Counted from the first letter of the stretch, positions 13,056 through 27,180 are shown. The stretch: DNA of 58,110 nucleotides from Octopus bimaculoides (GCF_001194135.2 NC_068984.1:139515300-139573409), one strand, 5' to 3'. Numbers and translations are program-made. Notes: generated by a model not told the origin, from the letters alone.

Positions 13056-13097
13056 TTACTGTTGAAAAGATCTCAAGGATCGAAACCGGTTCTGTAA
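13056..13097 (+). ncRNA. Minimal type I hammerhead ribozyme motif (Penelope/retrozyme-like, U3-A8 core variant)
   Basis: ttactg-TTGAAAA-gatc(tcaag)gatc-GAA-accggt-T-ctgtaa. Stem I ttactg/ctgtaa pairs 5 of 6, stem II is 4-5 bp, stem III is the palindrome ACCGGT, and the cleavage triplet is GUU. Confidence 0.6.
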
Positions 13098-15192
13098 TGN
13101 NNNNNNNNNNNNNNNNNNNNNNNNNNNNNNNNNNNNNNNNNNNNNNNNNNNNNNNNNNNNNNNNNNNNNNNNNNNNNNNNNNNNNNNNNNNNNNNNNNNN
13201 NNNNNNNNNNNNNNNNNNNNNNNNNNNNNNNNNNNNNNNNNNNNNNNNNNNNNNNNNNNNNNNNNNNNNNNNNNNNNNNNNNNNNNNNNNNNNNNNNNNN
13301 NNNNNNNNNNNNNNNNNNNNNNNNNNNNNNNNNNNNNNNNNNNNNNNNNNNNNNNNNNNNNNNNNNNNNNNNNNNNNNNNNNNNNNNNNNNNNNNNNNNN
13401 NNNNNNNNNNNNNNNNNNNNNNNNNNNNNNNNNNNNNNNNNNNNNNNNNNNNNNNNNNNNNNNNNNNNNNNNNNNNNNNNNNNNNNNNNNNNNNNNNNNN
13501 NNNNNNNNNNNNNNNNNNNNNNNNNNNNNNNNNNNATATATATATATATATACGTGTATAGGCAACTCCGATGTTCGCTGGAGTGTTGGTATCTGAGAAC
13601 AAAATGTTTATTAAATAATATTATTTAGCATTCTAAGAATGTTATGCATTCAATGAATTAGTTTATATGAGTTTAGTAAATCGTATGATTCTAACACGCA
13701 CAACTGATCTGAGGAATCCATTGTTTCTAACTTCGATATAATTTTACAATTTTATGCATATTCCTACACGAAGATATGTGTTCATGTAAGCTGCATATGA
13801 ACACCTACCCTTCACTATTTTTGATATTATGTTTGCACGCCATCTCCAAATTATCTTTTAAAATGTTCTCAGCGTTGTAGAACGGATTTAATGTGAGTAT
13901 TGCTTTGTTTTTGTGAGCTAATATCTATTCTTTTGTTTGGATGCATTGTAATGTATCTTTTCACTTTTGATGTTTAGCTATAACTTATTTTCCTATTGTT
14001 TTATCAAATAATATTCTCTCGATATGTTCAATCTGCAAGTGGTTATGGATATATACGTTTATAAATACATTTACATGATTGTAAATATTTTTGTGTATAT
14101 AAATTTCTTTATGCACATGCATATAATCACATCACCAGCACTAGAAGCTTCGTGTCACGCCAACCGCCGATCACCGAGGTAGGAAGCTTAGCTTTTGTTG
14201 AATCGACAATTCTTAGCGGCTACCCATCAAGGAGCAAATTTTTACATCCGAAACCGTAGAGCAACAGCAGTCCAACCCAAAACAATACAACCAAACCTTA
14301 TATAGACACAGACAAGAGGAATATATATGACATGTCATTCCAACCACCTATTTATGTTCATAAATATTGGAAGATGACCTACGTTTAATTTTCTCGCTAT
14401 AAAGGATTCTTGAAAGAGACTGTCTCCAGTTGAACAGCCAAATAAAGAACACTCAAAGAAGAAGCCCCAACAGAATTTGTAGCAAAAATGTGATTTATGC
14501 TCTACTGACAACTAGGCATTAAACAAAATTACAAATGAAACCACGAAGAAAATATGACTTGAGATGCAGGTCAAAGTGACCTTCAGGCTATCAACGTCTG
14601 ATCCCAGGACACTGATTAGCTGACAACTACCGACACATGAATATCGGTACCTCATTTTAGGCATTGATATTGAATCTATATATGAATTTTACCCTTTCCA
14701 GATCACATACCACTCCATGTTCTACGTATGACCTTCAAAATTACATATATATATATATATATATAATATATATNNNNNNNNNNNNNNNNNNNNNNNNNNN
14801 NNNNNNNNNNNNNNNNNNNNNNNNNNNNNNNNNNNNNNNNNNNNNNNNNNNNNNNNNNNNNNNNNNNNNNNNNNNNNNNNNNNNNNNNNNNNNNNNNNNN
14901 NNNNNNNNNNNNNNNNNNNNNNNNNNNNNNNNNNNNNNNNNNNNNNNNNNNNNNNNNNNNNNNNNNNNNNNNNNNNNNNNNNNNNNNNNNNNNNNNNNNN
15001 NNNNNNNNNNNNNNNNNNNNNNNNNNNNNNNNNNNNNNNNNNNNNNNNNNNNNNNNNNNNNNNNNNNNNNNNNNNNNNNNNNNNNNNNNNNNNNNNNNNN
15101 NNNNNNNNNNNNNNNNNNNNNNNNNNNNNNNNNNNNNNNNNNNNNNNNNNNNNNNNNNNNNNNNNNNNNNNNNNNNNNNNNNNNNNNNNNNN

Positions 15193-15223
<31 letters not shown>

Positions 15224-15241
15224 AATCGATAGATAGAGAGG

Positions 15242-15279
<38 letters not shown>

Positions 15280-16547
15280 TAGAGAGATAGAGAGATAGAG
15301 AGAGAGAGATAGTAACTATCTCTCTATCTATATAATTATTTAAATCGTTCTATTTCTTTATGCAATTCTTAACACACACGCCTGTGTGTCTGAGTATGTG
15401 TGTGTGTGTGCGTGTGCGTGTGTGTGTATGCGTGCGTATTCACCTGTGTGCATGTATGTGTACCTATTGGTCTATATATGTACGTTTGTGTACGATATAT
15501 TAAAAAATACTCATATTGTTAAAATCTATTTTGTAGTCCGTCCCGTCGCGTCAATGGCCAGGCATGCAACACTTGTGCTTGAAAACACACAGTAGCGTTG
15601 TGGCCCGCACAGGAATACACTATTCAATCAATACAACACTTTCTCGTTACCATTTTTGTGCTCAGAACTGAATTGATTTATCGCCATGTTTCCTACCACC
15701 GTAGTAAAATATTATTGAAAGCATCTCTAAACAATGTTTAACGTTTTGTAAAGAACGACATATTCTATTGTATAAGTGAATGGATTTCAATGAAGCTCAA
15801 GAAGATGGTACGTGTGAGTTTGAGTGAGTGAGTGTGTGTATGTGTGTGTGCACAGGTGCGTGCGCCTGCGTTTTTGTGTGTGCGTGTTTGTCTGCGCAGG
15901 CGGATGTGCATGTGTTTGTGTTAGTGAATGTGTGTGCATTCGTGTATCTTTGCTCCTTATATGTCAACAGAAGTCTTCGTTAAGCAATATAAAATTTGAT
16001 TTTATTTTGTGAAGTAGACGCATTAAATTTTATTAAATAATTGATGCTAACTTGTAATTAAATGTAATTAAATCATAAATATGATGGCTTTTACTCTTCT
16101 GTTTAATGTTTCTCCAATAAAACAAAGGAAACTGTTGTCACAATGTGTACATAGTAAAACACGATCTATAAGGATGTCACGAATAATCTGGTAATTCACA
16201 CTTTTTAAAAATTCCACAGACACAAACACAATGCACAAACTCCCACACATATACAAACACTCACACACAAACGCACACGCGTACACAATCACAACCACAC
16301 ACACACACACATATATTTCTCTTTCATGGGTTCATTGACAAGATGTACGTCCTTGGCCTCAACTCTAAGACAAAAACTACGTCACACATTGAATAAAATT
16401 AACCAAAGAATAATTTTTTTTCGGAAGTCATTCTCTGATATATTTTACTGTTTTATTTAACAACAAAAAATGCTCTAACAGAAACTGGATGCTTACAGAT
16501 TTAGCCTGGTGGACTGCATAATCTACTTCGAGATATGTGAAATAGCA

Positions 16548-16691
16548 ACGAAAACGGTGGATGTCTCATTACGAAGCTCGCTTAGCAATCAAGTGGTCTC
16601 AGGTTCAATCTCATTGCGCAACACATTGGAAAAGGGTCCTCCACTATTGGAACCAACACATTTGAGCGAATTTGGTGGACGGAACCGTCTC

Positions 16692-16695
<4 letters not shown>
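16548..16695 (+). mobile_element. SINE family B head (degenerate), ending in (TA)n
   Basis: gaagctcgcttagcaatcaagtggtctcaggttcaatc..ttggtggacggaaccgtctcgtatata parallels the family B consensus. Confidence 0.6.
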
Positions 16696-16726
<31 letters not shown>

Positions 16727-16734
16727 TATTTTAT

Positions 16735-17085
16735 AAGCTTGAGTTCAAATTCCGCTGAGCTCCACTTTACCTTTCATCCTTTCAGAGTCGATATAATTTG
16801 TACCAGTAATGCACTAGGGTCGCTGAAATCGATTTACCTCTTCCCTGCAATTTTCAGGCCTTGTGCCTATAATAGAAAGAATTATTATTGCTATTAAAAG
16901 TTAGCATAAGGCGGCGAGATGGCAGAAACCTTAGCACGCCGGGCGACATGATTAGCGGTATTTCGCCCGTCGCTAAGTTCTTTCCGGGGTCGATAAATTA
17001 AGTACCTTTCGGGTTCGATAAGTTAAGTACCAGTTGCAGACTGGGGTCGATCTAATCGACTAGTGCCCCTCCACAATATTTGCTG
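16735..17085 (+). mobile_element. Two tandem SINE family A copies; the second has an internal duplication
   Basis: gagttcaaattccgctgag..gtcgatataatttgtaccag (16740-16875) and aaggcggcgagatggcagaaaccttagcacgccgggcg (16908 onward), with gggtcgataaattaagtacc duplicated. Confidence 0.85.
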
Positions 17086-17217
17086 TAGCCCATCATTTTT
17101 ATACCAAGACAAATCAATGTACATGGTAACACTTCCAATCAATTAGGTGCTTTCACTGCACTACCGAGCGCAGTTCTGTGTGCCTTGGGTATGAGGTGTG
17201 ATCATGATTATCATCAC

Positions 17218-17283
<66 letters not shown>

Positions 17284-17300
17284 TATTATTATTGTTGTTG
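17218..17300. repeat. (ATT)n microsatellite
   Basis: Visible directly. Confidence 0.95.
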
Positions 17301-18032
17301 TTGTTACTATTACTATCAACATCATTATTGTTTTGTTATTGTTAATGTTTATTTGATTGTTTAACTATATCCTACTTTCGTCTTTATTATATTAGTAAGT
17401 GCGTGTATACTGAAGTATTACAATGCGTTTGCGATGTGTCTGTGTATGTGAGAGAGAGGGCGTTTATAGAGAGTGTGTACGTATACCATTCTATAAGCAA
17501 ACCTACATAGCAACATTATATATATATATATATATATACGCAATACATCTCTGTCTGTTCGTCTCTTTGTATGTATGCATGTTTTTATGTATGTATGTTT
17601 AACGCTGTCGTGCAGGATTGCTTATAGAATTGTATGCGTACAAATTCATGCAATTAAGTTATTCGGACAATACAAGTGACCTAAGGGAAACAAATTCATC
17701 GATTCTGTTGTATCCGTACTCCTCTTCTCCCTCATTTGATGCCGTTATCTTCCACGAAAAACACATTTCTTTTTCTTTATTAATTTAACTTTCAAATTCT
17801 ACGACATATTCAAATGTTCAAATGTATTTTCAATGATTGAGTTATATGATACGTTTTGAAATAATTTAGATTCCTCAACGGATTAAATGACTTATCAATT
17901 TATGATGAGCGAATTGAATTTAACAAATATATAATCTACTTGCTTGAACATAGCTATTAAGTCTAATCTTATATAAGTGTATTTATATATGTAGATACAT
18001 GCATATACATTTATGTCTGCGTATGTGTGTGT

Positions 18033-18348
18033 GGGAAGCCGCATGGCTGAGTGATTAGAACGTCGGGCTCATGAATAGTGGGTTCGATCCCAAGATTAGG
18101 CTCTGTGTTGTGTTCTTATGCAAGACACTTTAGTCCACGTTGATCCAGGTCACACAGCTGTAGAAATGAGTTGCGGTGTCACTTGTGCCAAGCTGTGTCG
18201 GCCCCTTTGCCTTTCCCTCCGATAACGTCGTTGGCGTGGAGAGGGGAGCCGATTGCTGGTCTTCCATGAGCAACCTTGCCCGGACTTGTGTTTCGGAACT
18301 TAACATTCTAGGTGCGATCCCATGGTCATTCATAATCGACGAGGTCTT
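18033..18348 (+). mobile_element. tRNA/CORE-like SINE, family C head plus 3' module E
   Basis: A-box-like atggctgagtgattag, B-box gggttcgatccc, CORE-like gtgttgtgttcttatgcaagacacttta..cagctgtagaaatgagt, then a distinct 3' body. Confidence 0.75.
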
Positions 18349-18647
18349 GATATATATGTGGAAGGTGTGCGTATGTATGTATATGTGTTTGAGAGTATTT
18401 GTGTATTTATACATATGCACACATACACAAACACACATATATATTATTTGATAAGCGCAATATACATTTTTTAACACGTCTACTGTTCTGGCACAGTCAT
18501 CAGGCACTGCTCACATGGCATAACGATAGGATGCGAGAAACAGCGAGAAAGAAGTACTTATAAGAGGCAGAATGTTGAAAAACCGGAAAACGAAAAAGAA
18601 AACAGAAAGACGCAAAACGGGAGTAATTTAGATTTATTTCTCCTTAC

Positions 18648-18751
18648 ACCGCAAAATCAAGATAGTGGCGTAGAGATAATGGTCCAACTGTTGGCTTGTG
18701 GGTCCTTGAAGCCGAAGCTGCTGCAGTATATGGCATTCATTCTTGAAGGAT
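18648..18751 (-). CDS. Candidate internal exon, product unknown
   Basis: Donor GGT|gtaagg; weak acceptor catatatag|. Single open frame SFKNECHILQQLRLQGPTSQQLDHYLYATILILR. Confidence 0.28.
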
Positions 18752-18766
18752 CTATATATGTACATA

Positions 18767-18806
<40 letters not shown>

Positions 18807-20464
18807 CACAGCAACTTTAGATCGATTCAAAGATGTGAACATTCGCGTAGAAACAACCAATTGTTCAGGTTTAGGGAACTTTGCGGGAACAGTTGCCCAC
18901 GCCACTCATAAAATGTCTCTCTCTAAGTATTCCTTCCTTTCTGATTGCACCAATTTCATACCACTAGATGGACGATTCATATTATATAACAATTTTTGAA
19001 ATTATTTGTTGTGTTAAAACTGTAAAATGTTTCAAAGCATTCTTAACGTATTTTCGTTAGAGAATCAATAAATTCTGAATTATTTGAAAGGGACAGCTTT
19101 AGGAATTAGCTATTATACTTACACCACGTAATTCGCTCAACAGTAAAATTACTGAATAAACAGCTAACATAATGGATATAGTTTCAATAAAACCGAAGAA
19201 TCTTCATGAATATGTATGTGATATTTTTCAATAAATATGTAACAAAGATACTGAGATATATGAAAACATTTTAGGATGTTTTAGTATATTTGAACAATTA
19301 CTAATGTAAATAGATTTAACAATGATAATTTAATAATAAAAATTGATAAATATAAATGTATTATAAGCGACATATATACATAAATAATATCAATGTTTAT
19401 ACCTAAAATTTTTTTTTTAAATATCGTTTATAAATCGTATTGTATCTTAATAAGGATAAACAAGAAATGTGAATATTTATGTAAGAAAATATATATTCAA
19501 GGAAAATAAAATAAAATGCTTGTTTATAAAAACACGAAGAATATTTTTCTGCTAGATTTTTCAAATAGAAAAACGCTTCAAGAATAGAACTCTACATTTT
19601 TACAGAAATCCCGACGCCATTAGTGCCTCTTTCAGGTCTCTTCCAATATTTTCCAATTCAGCGCTCCAGTAATTCTTTTTCCCACCATATTATTTTGTTA
19701 CGAATTCATTTGCAATACAAAATTATCTCTACTAATCCACAGCAATATTTTCAAATTCTTGTTGCCTGAAGTTACGTTTTTGGAACAGTTAATGAAATAT
19801 GCGGTCTCCTCAAAGAAGTTGAACTTTATAAAACTTGAACTGATTTTTTTTCTTCAATCATTCATTTGACGATGCGCGATAATTGATTTTTCAACAACGC
19901 ACTGCATATCCAACATCCGTTTTATCAAGGATTTAAGGTGTGGTTACCAATGTCTCATTGGGTAATGCTCCATTTGGTTTCAAAGTTTATGTTATAAAAC
20001 ATACCTCAAGTGTTTAGCCAGACCGCTGTTAACTGGTGCATGCATCATTTAAATATGAAGAGAAATTTGAAGACAATTCTTGACAAGAAAAATTGTTCAT
20101 TCGTGAAAGTAATTCGAATTTCACCAGAACAGACAACAAATCATATAAAAAAAAGATATATCTTCCGCATACATGAGTAGTTTACAGAAGATTGTGTTTC
20201 TCTCGCTCAGTAAATTCTGAAATTGCCTTTATTGGGAGGCATGTACAATCATAAAATTCTTTAAAATGTTTTATAATTTTAGTCATATACTCTAATTCCT
20301 TATATNNNNNNNNNNNNNNNNNNNNNNNNNNNNNNNNNNNNNNNNNNNNNNNNNNNNNNNNNNNNNNNNNNNNNNNNNNNNNNNNNNNNNNNNTATATAT
20401 TGTTTTATCAGTTGCAGCTCAAAGCTGTGGCCATGCTAGGGCACCGCCATTCTGCTACACTTTT

Positions 20465-21195
20465 ATTATTGAGAGCCTCCTCTGATATGTGGCATTTGGT
20501 AAGCAAGGGAGTTTGATGACGCTACCCTAATTTGCGCCTCCTGCCGCGAGGTAGGTTCATCTGAGACTCTTGACAGAAAGTGATCCAGTTTTGATTTGAA
20601 AACACGTATATCTACTTTGTGTAGGTCGCTCAGGCTCTTTGGAGAATATTAAAAAGCTGTGGTTCCCTGAACCTAGGCTGTTGCAGTAACTGGTCCTCAA
20701 GCGCGACGGCATTGTCTGGATCTCCTGCACTGTGCAGTGGCGACCCATTCTGGCATTTGTGTGGTTCTCAATGCGAAAATTTAACACAATCCCTTCCAGG
20801 AACTTCCAAATGTATATTACTGCATATCGCACCCGCCTTCACTCCTACGGGATATAGTCAGAGCTGCTTCAAGCTTTCCCAGTAGCTGAGCTGTTCCAAT
20901 GAGACGGTCTTCTTTGTGCAGCTTCGCTGATTTGCTTCAAGGTCCGCTGTTAATTTGACACTGTGGGGTGAGCATAGCTGGTAGCAGTAGTCTAGGCAGC
21001 TGCGGACGAATGTCCTCCAGATGACCATCATGGTTTACTTCTCTCTGTTTCTGAACGTTCTCAGGATCCATCCATCCAGTCGCCTGCACTTTGTCGCCAT
21101 CTTGGTAATGTGAACTTAGAAAGAGGTATCATCACTCATGTCGATACCAGGTCCCGCACTGATTTAGGTTCTTGGATTCTAATATATACATCTAT
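20465..21195 (-). mobile_element. Decayed CR1/L2-type LINE, ORF2 3' part
   Basis: QEPKSVRDL..MSDDTSF*VHITKMATKCRRLDGWILRTF..RTFVRSCLDYCYQLCSPHSVKLTADLEANQRS..SYWESLKQL..RYAVIYIWKFLEGIVLNF..RTSYCNSLG, the typical post-RT motifs LDYCSQLWSP / SYWERL / RYxxIYxWK. Confidence 0.85.
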
Positions 21196-21826
21196 TGCAT
21201 GATTTACAAGGTGACTAAGTGTCAGTAATGAACATGTTGCTGCCGTTGTATCACTCGCTGATTTCCTTGCTGCCAGGATTATATGCGTGAGAGGATCAGA
21301 ATATTTCTTGAGTGTGTCTATATGATTTGTGATTGAGAAGTAGGCTTTGAAAGCATTTGGCTTCAGTTTCGAAGCGACTGTGAGCCAGCATGGGAAAATA
21401 ATTTCTATGAAGTCGGATTGAGTAATTACATTCGAAGTGATTGTCTTAAAATTCAACAGCGCAAAGACCAGTCGTATGTGTTTGTATTTGCGCCCATGCG
21501 TGTATTTATGATATCACCATTTAACCTCACTATGTTAACAGTTTGAGATGTAGATATCAAATGATTAAACACAACATTGAAAGTCTTCTGGAAACGGTAC
21601 AACTAAACTTCACACTAGTAACCATGGAAACATTCAAAAATTGGGTGAGTGTGTGGATATGTGTGTGCGAAGACGAAGCTTGTGTGTGTATATATATATT
21701 ACACTATTTACATATTAGGTTGATATACAGAGTATTCCATATGTACCTATCGATCACTCTCTCTATTTCGGTCTCTCTATCACTATGTCTTCTCTCTATC
21801 TCTCTCTCGTTCTTTCTGTGTAAATG

Positions 21827-21879
<53 letters not shown>

Positions 21880-22384
21880 CATTCATATTTATGTATAGAT
21901 GTGTGTATGTATAATGGATGCGTGGATGTAAACAGATGTTGAGGTCGGTGACCAGGACTAAGAGTATTTAATACCGGATATTGTAGGAAATAAATTATTA
22001 AATATTATATAAATATAAGGCACAAGTAATATAAGCACAAGGTACACCCGGAAGGTCTCAATTCCTCTCTATTTATAGACTGCTGTAGTGATAATAGAGT
22101 TTGGTAGATGAAATCAGTACATTTCCACTGACTTTCATTATTTATTACTGAAATTATGTTTCAGACAGAGACGAAACTATACTTTTCACGTTCCTCCATA
22201 AAAAGTACATCTGTGTTTGAAGTAGGCATTCTGGCTAACAGTCATATTTTTGCCGTATAGTCGGATCGCCAGCGGAATATATAAACTTGCTAATAAGAAA
22301 ACCAGGCTGAAATTGTTGCAGATTAAATACATATGATGATAAAATATGAGAGGAAAAATGATTTCATATTTTTGAAAACATGTA

Positions 22385-22675
22385 TAAGGCGGGGAGCTGG
22401 CAGAATCGTTAGCACGCTGGAAGAAATGCCTAGTGGTATTTCGTCTGTATTTTCGTTCTGAGTTCAAATTCCGTCGATGTAAATTTTGCCTTTCATCCTT
22501 TGGGGGTCGATAAAGTAAGTACCATTTGCGTACTGGGGTCGATCTAATCAACTGTCCCCCTCCACCAAAATTTTGGGGCTTGTGCCGAAAGTAAAAAAAA
22601 ATCGTTCGCACGCTGGACGAAATACTTAGCGGTATTTCGTCTGTCTTTACGCTCTGAGTTCAAATTCCGCGTACT
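22385..22675 (+). mobile_element. SINE family A (tail type 2) followed by a second partial monomer
   Basis: Full consensus up to cccctccaccaaaattttggggcttgtgccgaaagtaaaaaaaa, then aatcgttcgcacgctggacgaaatacttagcggtatttcg. Confidence 0.88.
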
Positions 22676-23138
22676 TTAAACCAGTTTCCATCGCACCACA
22701 GCCAATACATTTTTTAAAAAATCACATATTGGATCTTTTGCGGCAGTAATTAATTTACAGTTTGATTTTACCTCTACTGTTTATACTTTTCCTAATTCTT
22801 GTATACTTGCTGTTAGAATGTTTATATTTGTAATAAATATTGTTTATTTTTGTAATGTAAACTTATTTGTTTATAATAAACATATTGATCATATCGATTT
22901 AACATATTACAATATATTGCCATGTTTCAGGTTCTGTAATATTGCTTTCTGATTCTCGCTAAGTGCGTTTTTGCTGTTGTGTTTATACAACATTCGGTTT
23001 ATACATTCACATCTAAATATGTCTGGCAGTTTGTCATCGCAGTGCTATTTACTGTATGTTTTATTACAGGGAGCCTCGAGAGATTGATTATAAATGAATA
23101 TCTACACTCGCAGAAACATACACTCGCAGAAACATACA

Positions 23139-23142
<4 letters not shown>

Positions 23143-23214
<72 letters not shown>

Positions 23215-23270
23215 ATCTATCTATCTATCTATCTATCTCTATATGTATGTATATATATATATATATAATG
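23143..23270. repeat. (CT)n-(CTAT)n-(TA)n compound microsatellite
   Basis: Visible directly. Confidence 0.95.
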
Positions 23271-23490
23271 TGTGTGTACGTTCATGTGTATGCGTGTATG
23301 TATGTATTTACTGTAGTTAGGCATTCCGTTTCACGAAGGAGGGACCCACGATGAAAGTAAGGTACTCAACTCTCCTTGTAGATGCTAGTCTAATCTATTT
23401 AATAAGTGATCTTTACAGGAATGCAATACGATTAGTCCGGTAAAAGTCATTTATTAATAGTACACGGGTGCATATACACATGCACACATT

Positions 23491-23563
<73 letters not shown>

Positions 23564-23564
23564 C

Positions 23565-23795
23565 TGGCCTTCCGTCGGTTACGACGACGGCTGTTCCAGT
23601 TGATCAAAAGAACAGCCTGCTCGTGAAATTAAAGCGCAGTTTGTTGAGCACTCCACAGACACGCGTACCTTTAACGTATTTCTCAGGAAGATCCAGCCTG
23701 ATACACAATGTGAAATACAAGTACAATGCATTTTTTCAGCTGAGTGAACTAAAGCAACGAAAAATAAAGTGTCTTTCTCAAGGACACAACGCGTA
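23565..23795 (-). mobile_element. SINE: CORE-like segment plus 3' module D (5'-truncated)
   Basis: rc reads gcgttgtgtccttgagaaagacacttta..cactcagctgaaaaaatgcattgtac..tacgttaaaggtacgcgtgtctgtggagtgctca..ttaatttcacgagcaggctg..gtcgtaaccgacgg; shares its 3' module with 46188-46550. Confidence 0.78.
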
Positions 23796-25930
23796 ATTAA
23801 TTTACGATCGTGTGCTGGATAAACTCAGTTAGAAAAGCACGCGCCTTCTCTAAGTTGCTGCTTGTTTTGTGTAGACATGGGCAAGGCTTATAATAAATGA
23901 TGTATCAGTCATCTAAAATTCGTATTTGATTTTGGGCTGCATATTGGCCGAATCATTAAAGCGTCAAATGTAACACCTCGCAGTATATTTTCCTGTATTC
24001 TCCCGAATTCAGCTTTAGTTTACTTCCTTTCGGAGTCGATAAAATACACTAATCGATGACAAGTAGATCAACGGCATTATTAGATACGTCGAACTAGATA
24101 CCTTACAGAATTTGCTCTCACCGTTTTCAATCTGTGTTTAGACACACAAATGGTCTTCTAAGAATAATCCAACACCCTTGTTAAAACTACCAAGTGACAC
24201 CTCGTACGGGAGGATTCTTTAGCACTAATCCTTGCTGCAAGAATTCGCATCCTCAGATTGATGCTTCCTGTCTCTATGCCCCCGTTTCCGGATGCCCTAT
24301 AAGGGGTCGTGGTCATTGCATTTCTTCCCGACTATATAACAAGAATGTCAAGGTGTTCCTAGAATTACATCATCTAATATGTCTTTCCATTTTATTTAAA
24401 GAGTTTACATTTGGTTTTAAAGAGTTGTGGCTACTATTTCTAGCAAATGAAGCAACTGCTTTGAGGCTCACTACCGCCTCAGTATATCTTGGGTTAATAA
24501 CAGTTGGGATAAGGTTTAAGTCACTGGAAATGTTGCGTTGTATGTATTTATGTCGTTCTTAGATCAAAACAATTGCAGATCAAATATCAATGGACAGTAT
24601 ACAGCCAAAATAGCCCGATTCACTTTTCCAGATAAGAAATATATTATACGTTCTTCCTCTCATTTTCATGCAGTGGTGTACTATGTGAGTGAAATTTGGC
24701 TTCTATTTTTGGCATTTCGAACAACAATATGGGGCATCGTGTTGTAACATACGATGTTCGTTTCGGCTGCTAGTGCGAGTTAACATTTCAGTAGGTGTCA
24801 CAATGTGGTTATATACTTACTTTATTAAAATCACATTAGGGAATGACAGTTTACTTATTCTTAAAAATACTTTTGTTCTGTGAAATGCTGAACAATCGAT
24901 TAGTTAATTGGTTAAATGGATAACTAATTGACTATTGATAATAATAAAAAGTGGAATGGAACCGGTTTCTCGTAGACATAATGACTCTCTCGGGAGAGAA
25001 CAAGGATTTTGTTACTCTACAATGATGTATGTACTTGAATTAAAAGATAAACTATTGTTTGAAAATCGACTGTTTTGTCTTCAACTGTAATTTTACCCCT
25101 GTAGGGTTTACGAAACTAAATCAAATATTTCCCAGATGTCCAGGAGCATGTAAAAGGTTGGGAATAATTCATGCAGTCTCCTTAATTTTTTTCTTGTTTC
25201 AAGTAAGGGCATCAGGTTTTATGTCTTATTGTGTAATAATGTTTTGAATTAAAAAGATTGTTGGGTTTGAATTATATTTTTCATTCTCTGTTGATGCAAA
25301 ATAACACTAATTCTTTCGTGTCTGTAAGTGTATATGTTTCAGAAGAATATGAAGCAGGTGGCTAGGTGAAGGATTTTGAGGTTTATATCTAATCCCTTCT
25401 TAAAACCACCACCTTCAACTGAATACCAACGCAGGACGCTTGTTTGAATCCGTTCACTTTGAAAACGTCGTGAGTGATAGACCCTTGATAAAATTGCAGC
25501 AACTAGGATGCATAATTGAATACAAAGCAATGTGCAGTCGCTGCAGTCGAAACATATGTAGGTCAGAGATATATATTCTGTAGAAAACGGTTTAATATAA
25601 AAGTTGGATGTGAATAAATCTCCACGAACCTCCTTGTTATCAATGTTATTAAATACTGTACGGAATATTTGCAGTTCTGAATAGAAACAGAGAATTACCC
25701 AAAGAATGAAATTTACCGATATCTCTTTTAAGCTTGAGCACTATATAATGGACCGTCGTGGATAGCCAACGTCTATACCAATTTGAGAGATAGTACGATA
25801 TCCGCCAGATAACGTAACCATTTTCTACTTTCTCTCTCTCTCTCTCTCTCTCTNNNNNNNNNNNNNNNNNNNNNNNNNNNNNNNNNNNNNNNNNNNNNNN
25901 NNNNNNNNNNNNNNNNNNNNNNNNNNNNNN

Positions 25931-25979
<49 letters not shown>

Positions 25980-26258
25980 TTTATAATTGATTGATAATTA
26001 TAATAAAGGCTAGCATAGCTGTGAAAATCAGGAAATTACAGGAAATGTAACAAGCACAACAGAAATCGGGATAGGGGCATAAATAATTCCAGAATATAAT
26101 TACATTAAATATCATTAAGTGCTGTAATATAAGGCAAAAATAAGGTTTTTTGCTTTTGATCGGCAGAAGACAGAATTTAAAAAATGATTCTTGAAATATA
26201 TGGAATATGTTATTGTTGTTACACTTTTTATTTGTATAGTTGGTGCAGTTGTTGTGGT

Positions 26259-26545
26259 CCTTCTTCTTCTTCTTCTTCTTCTTCTTCTTCTTCTTCTTCT
26301 TCTTCTTCTTCTTCTTCTTCTTCTTCTTCTTCTTCTTCTTCTTCTTCTTCTTCTTCTTCTTCTTCTTCTTCTTCTTCTTCTACTTCTTCTTCTGCTTCTC
26401 CGTATCATCATCTTCATAAGCATCATCATAAGGCGAATTATTATTATTATTATTATCATTATTATTATTATTATCGTTATTATTATCATTATTATAATCA
26501 TTATTATAATCATTATTATTATCATTATTGCTATTGTTATTATTA
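26259..26545. repeat. (CTT)n followed by (CAT)/(ATT)n compound microsatellite
   Basis: Visible directly; source of the poly-S/L/R/I ORFs. Confidence 0.97.
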
Positions 26546-27137
26546 GATTTCATTTCAGATTTATAAATGCTTTCCCCCATTTTTTTTTCTTCAAAACTGT
26601 TCTTCCTATATTTGTACGTGTGTGTTCCTTATCTCTGAGTTTTGGGGTTTTTTTCTTTTTTTTTGTCTTTGATTTCATTATAGTTATTCGCACCCCACGC
26701 CATTCAGGATTCAGTTTTCTTTCCTTTCACCTTTCTCTATCCTAACTAATTTTATCTCCCTTTCAGCCATTTTGATTTTGTTTTTTAAGATCGTCCACTA
26801 ATTCTTGTCTTCAATTTCGTCTCCTATTTTCATGCCAGATATTTTTCTTTTCCATTTACACATTATTCACATCTATCTCTTCTTTATAGGAATTCCTTTC
26901 TTTTTTTCATATCCTGCCATTTTTCTTCCAGAATGTTCGTTTTCGTTCTCTTTACTAACACTTTGCAAGGACAGTAAATCTGATGATATACTGATCAACA
27001 TATATATGCATTTGCGTGTGTGTATTTGTGTGTGCACGTGTGTCTGTGTACAGGTGTATTTGTATATGTATACATGTATGTATATATATATATATATATG
27101 TACATACATATACATATAAGACGTACATATATATATG

Positions 27138-27180
<43 letters not shown>

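Noticed and set aside
13561-13581. ggcaactccgat shared in inverted orientation with about 49203-49214
   Set aside because: Only 12 nt, 35 kb apart; too weak to claim pairing.
19590-19690. Reading WSAELENIGRDLKEALMASGFL on the minus strand
   Set aside because: In-frame stop just upstream and no pyrimidine-rich acceptor; the plus strand gives an equally plausible candidate.
24194-24562. 122-aa ORF
   Set aside because: Starts at a non-ATG codon, no recognisable domain, no convincing splice sites.
24945-25000. Minus-strand gaaaccggttc resembling the hammerhead 3' half
   Set aside because: No CUGANGA or UUGANAA core and no stem II upstream.
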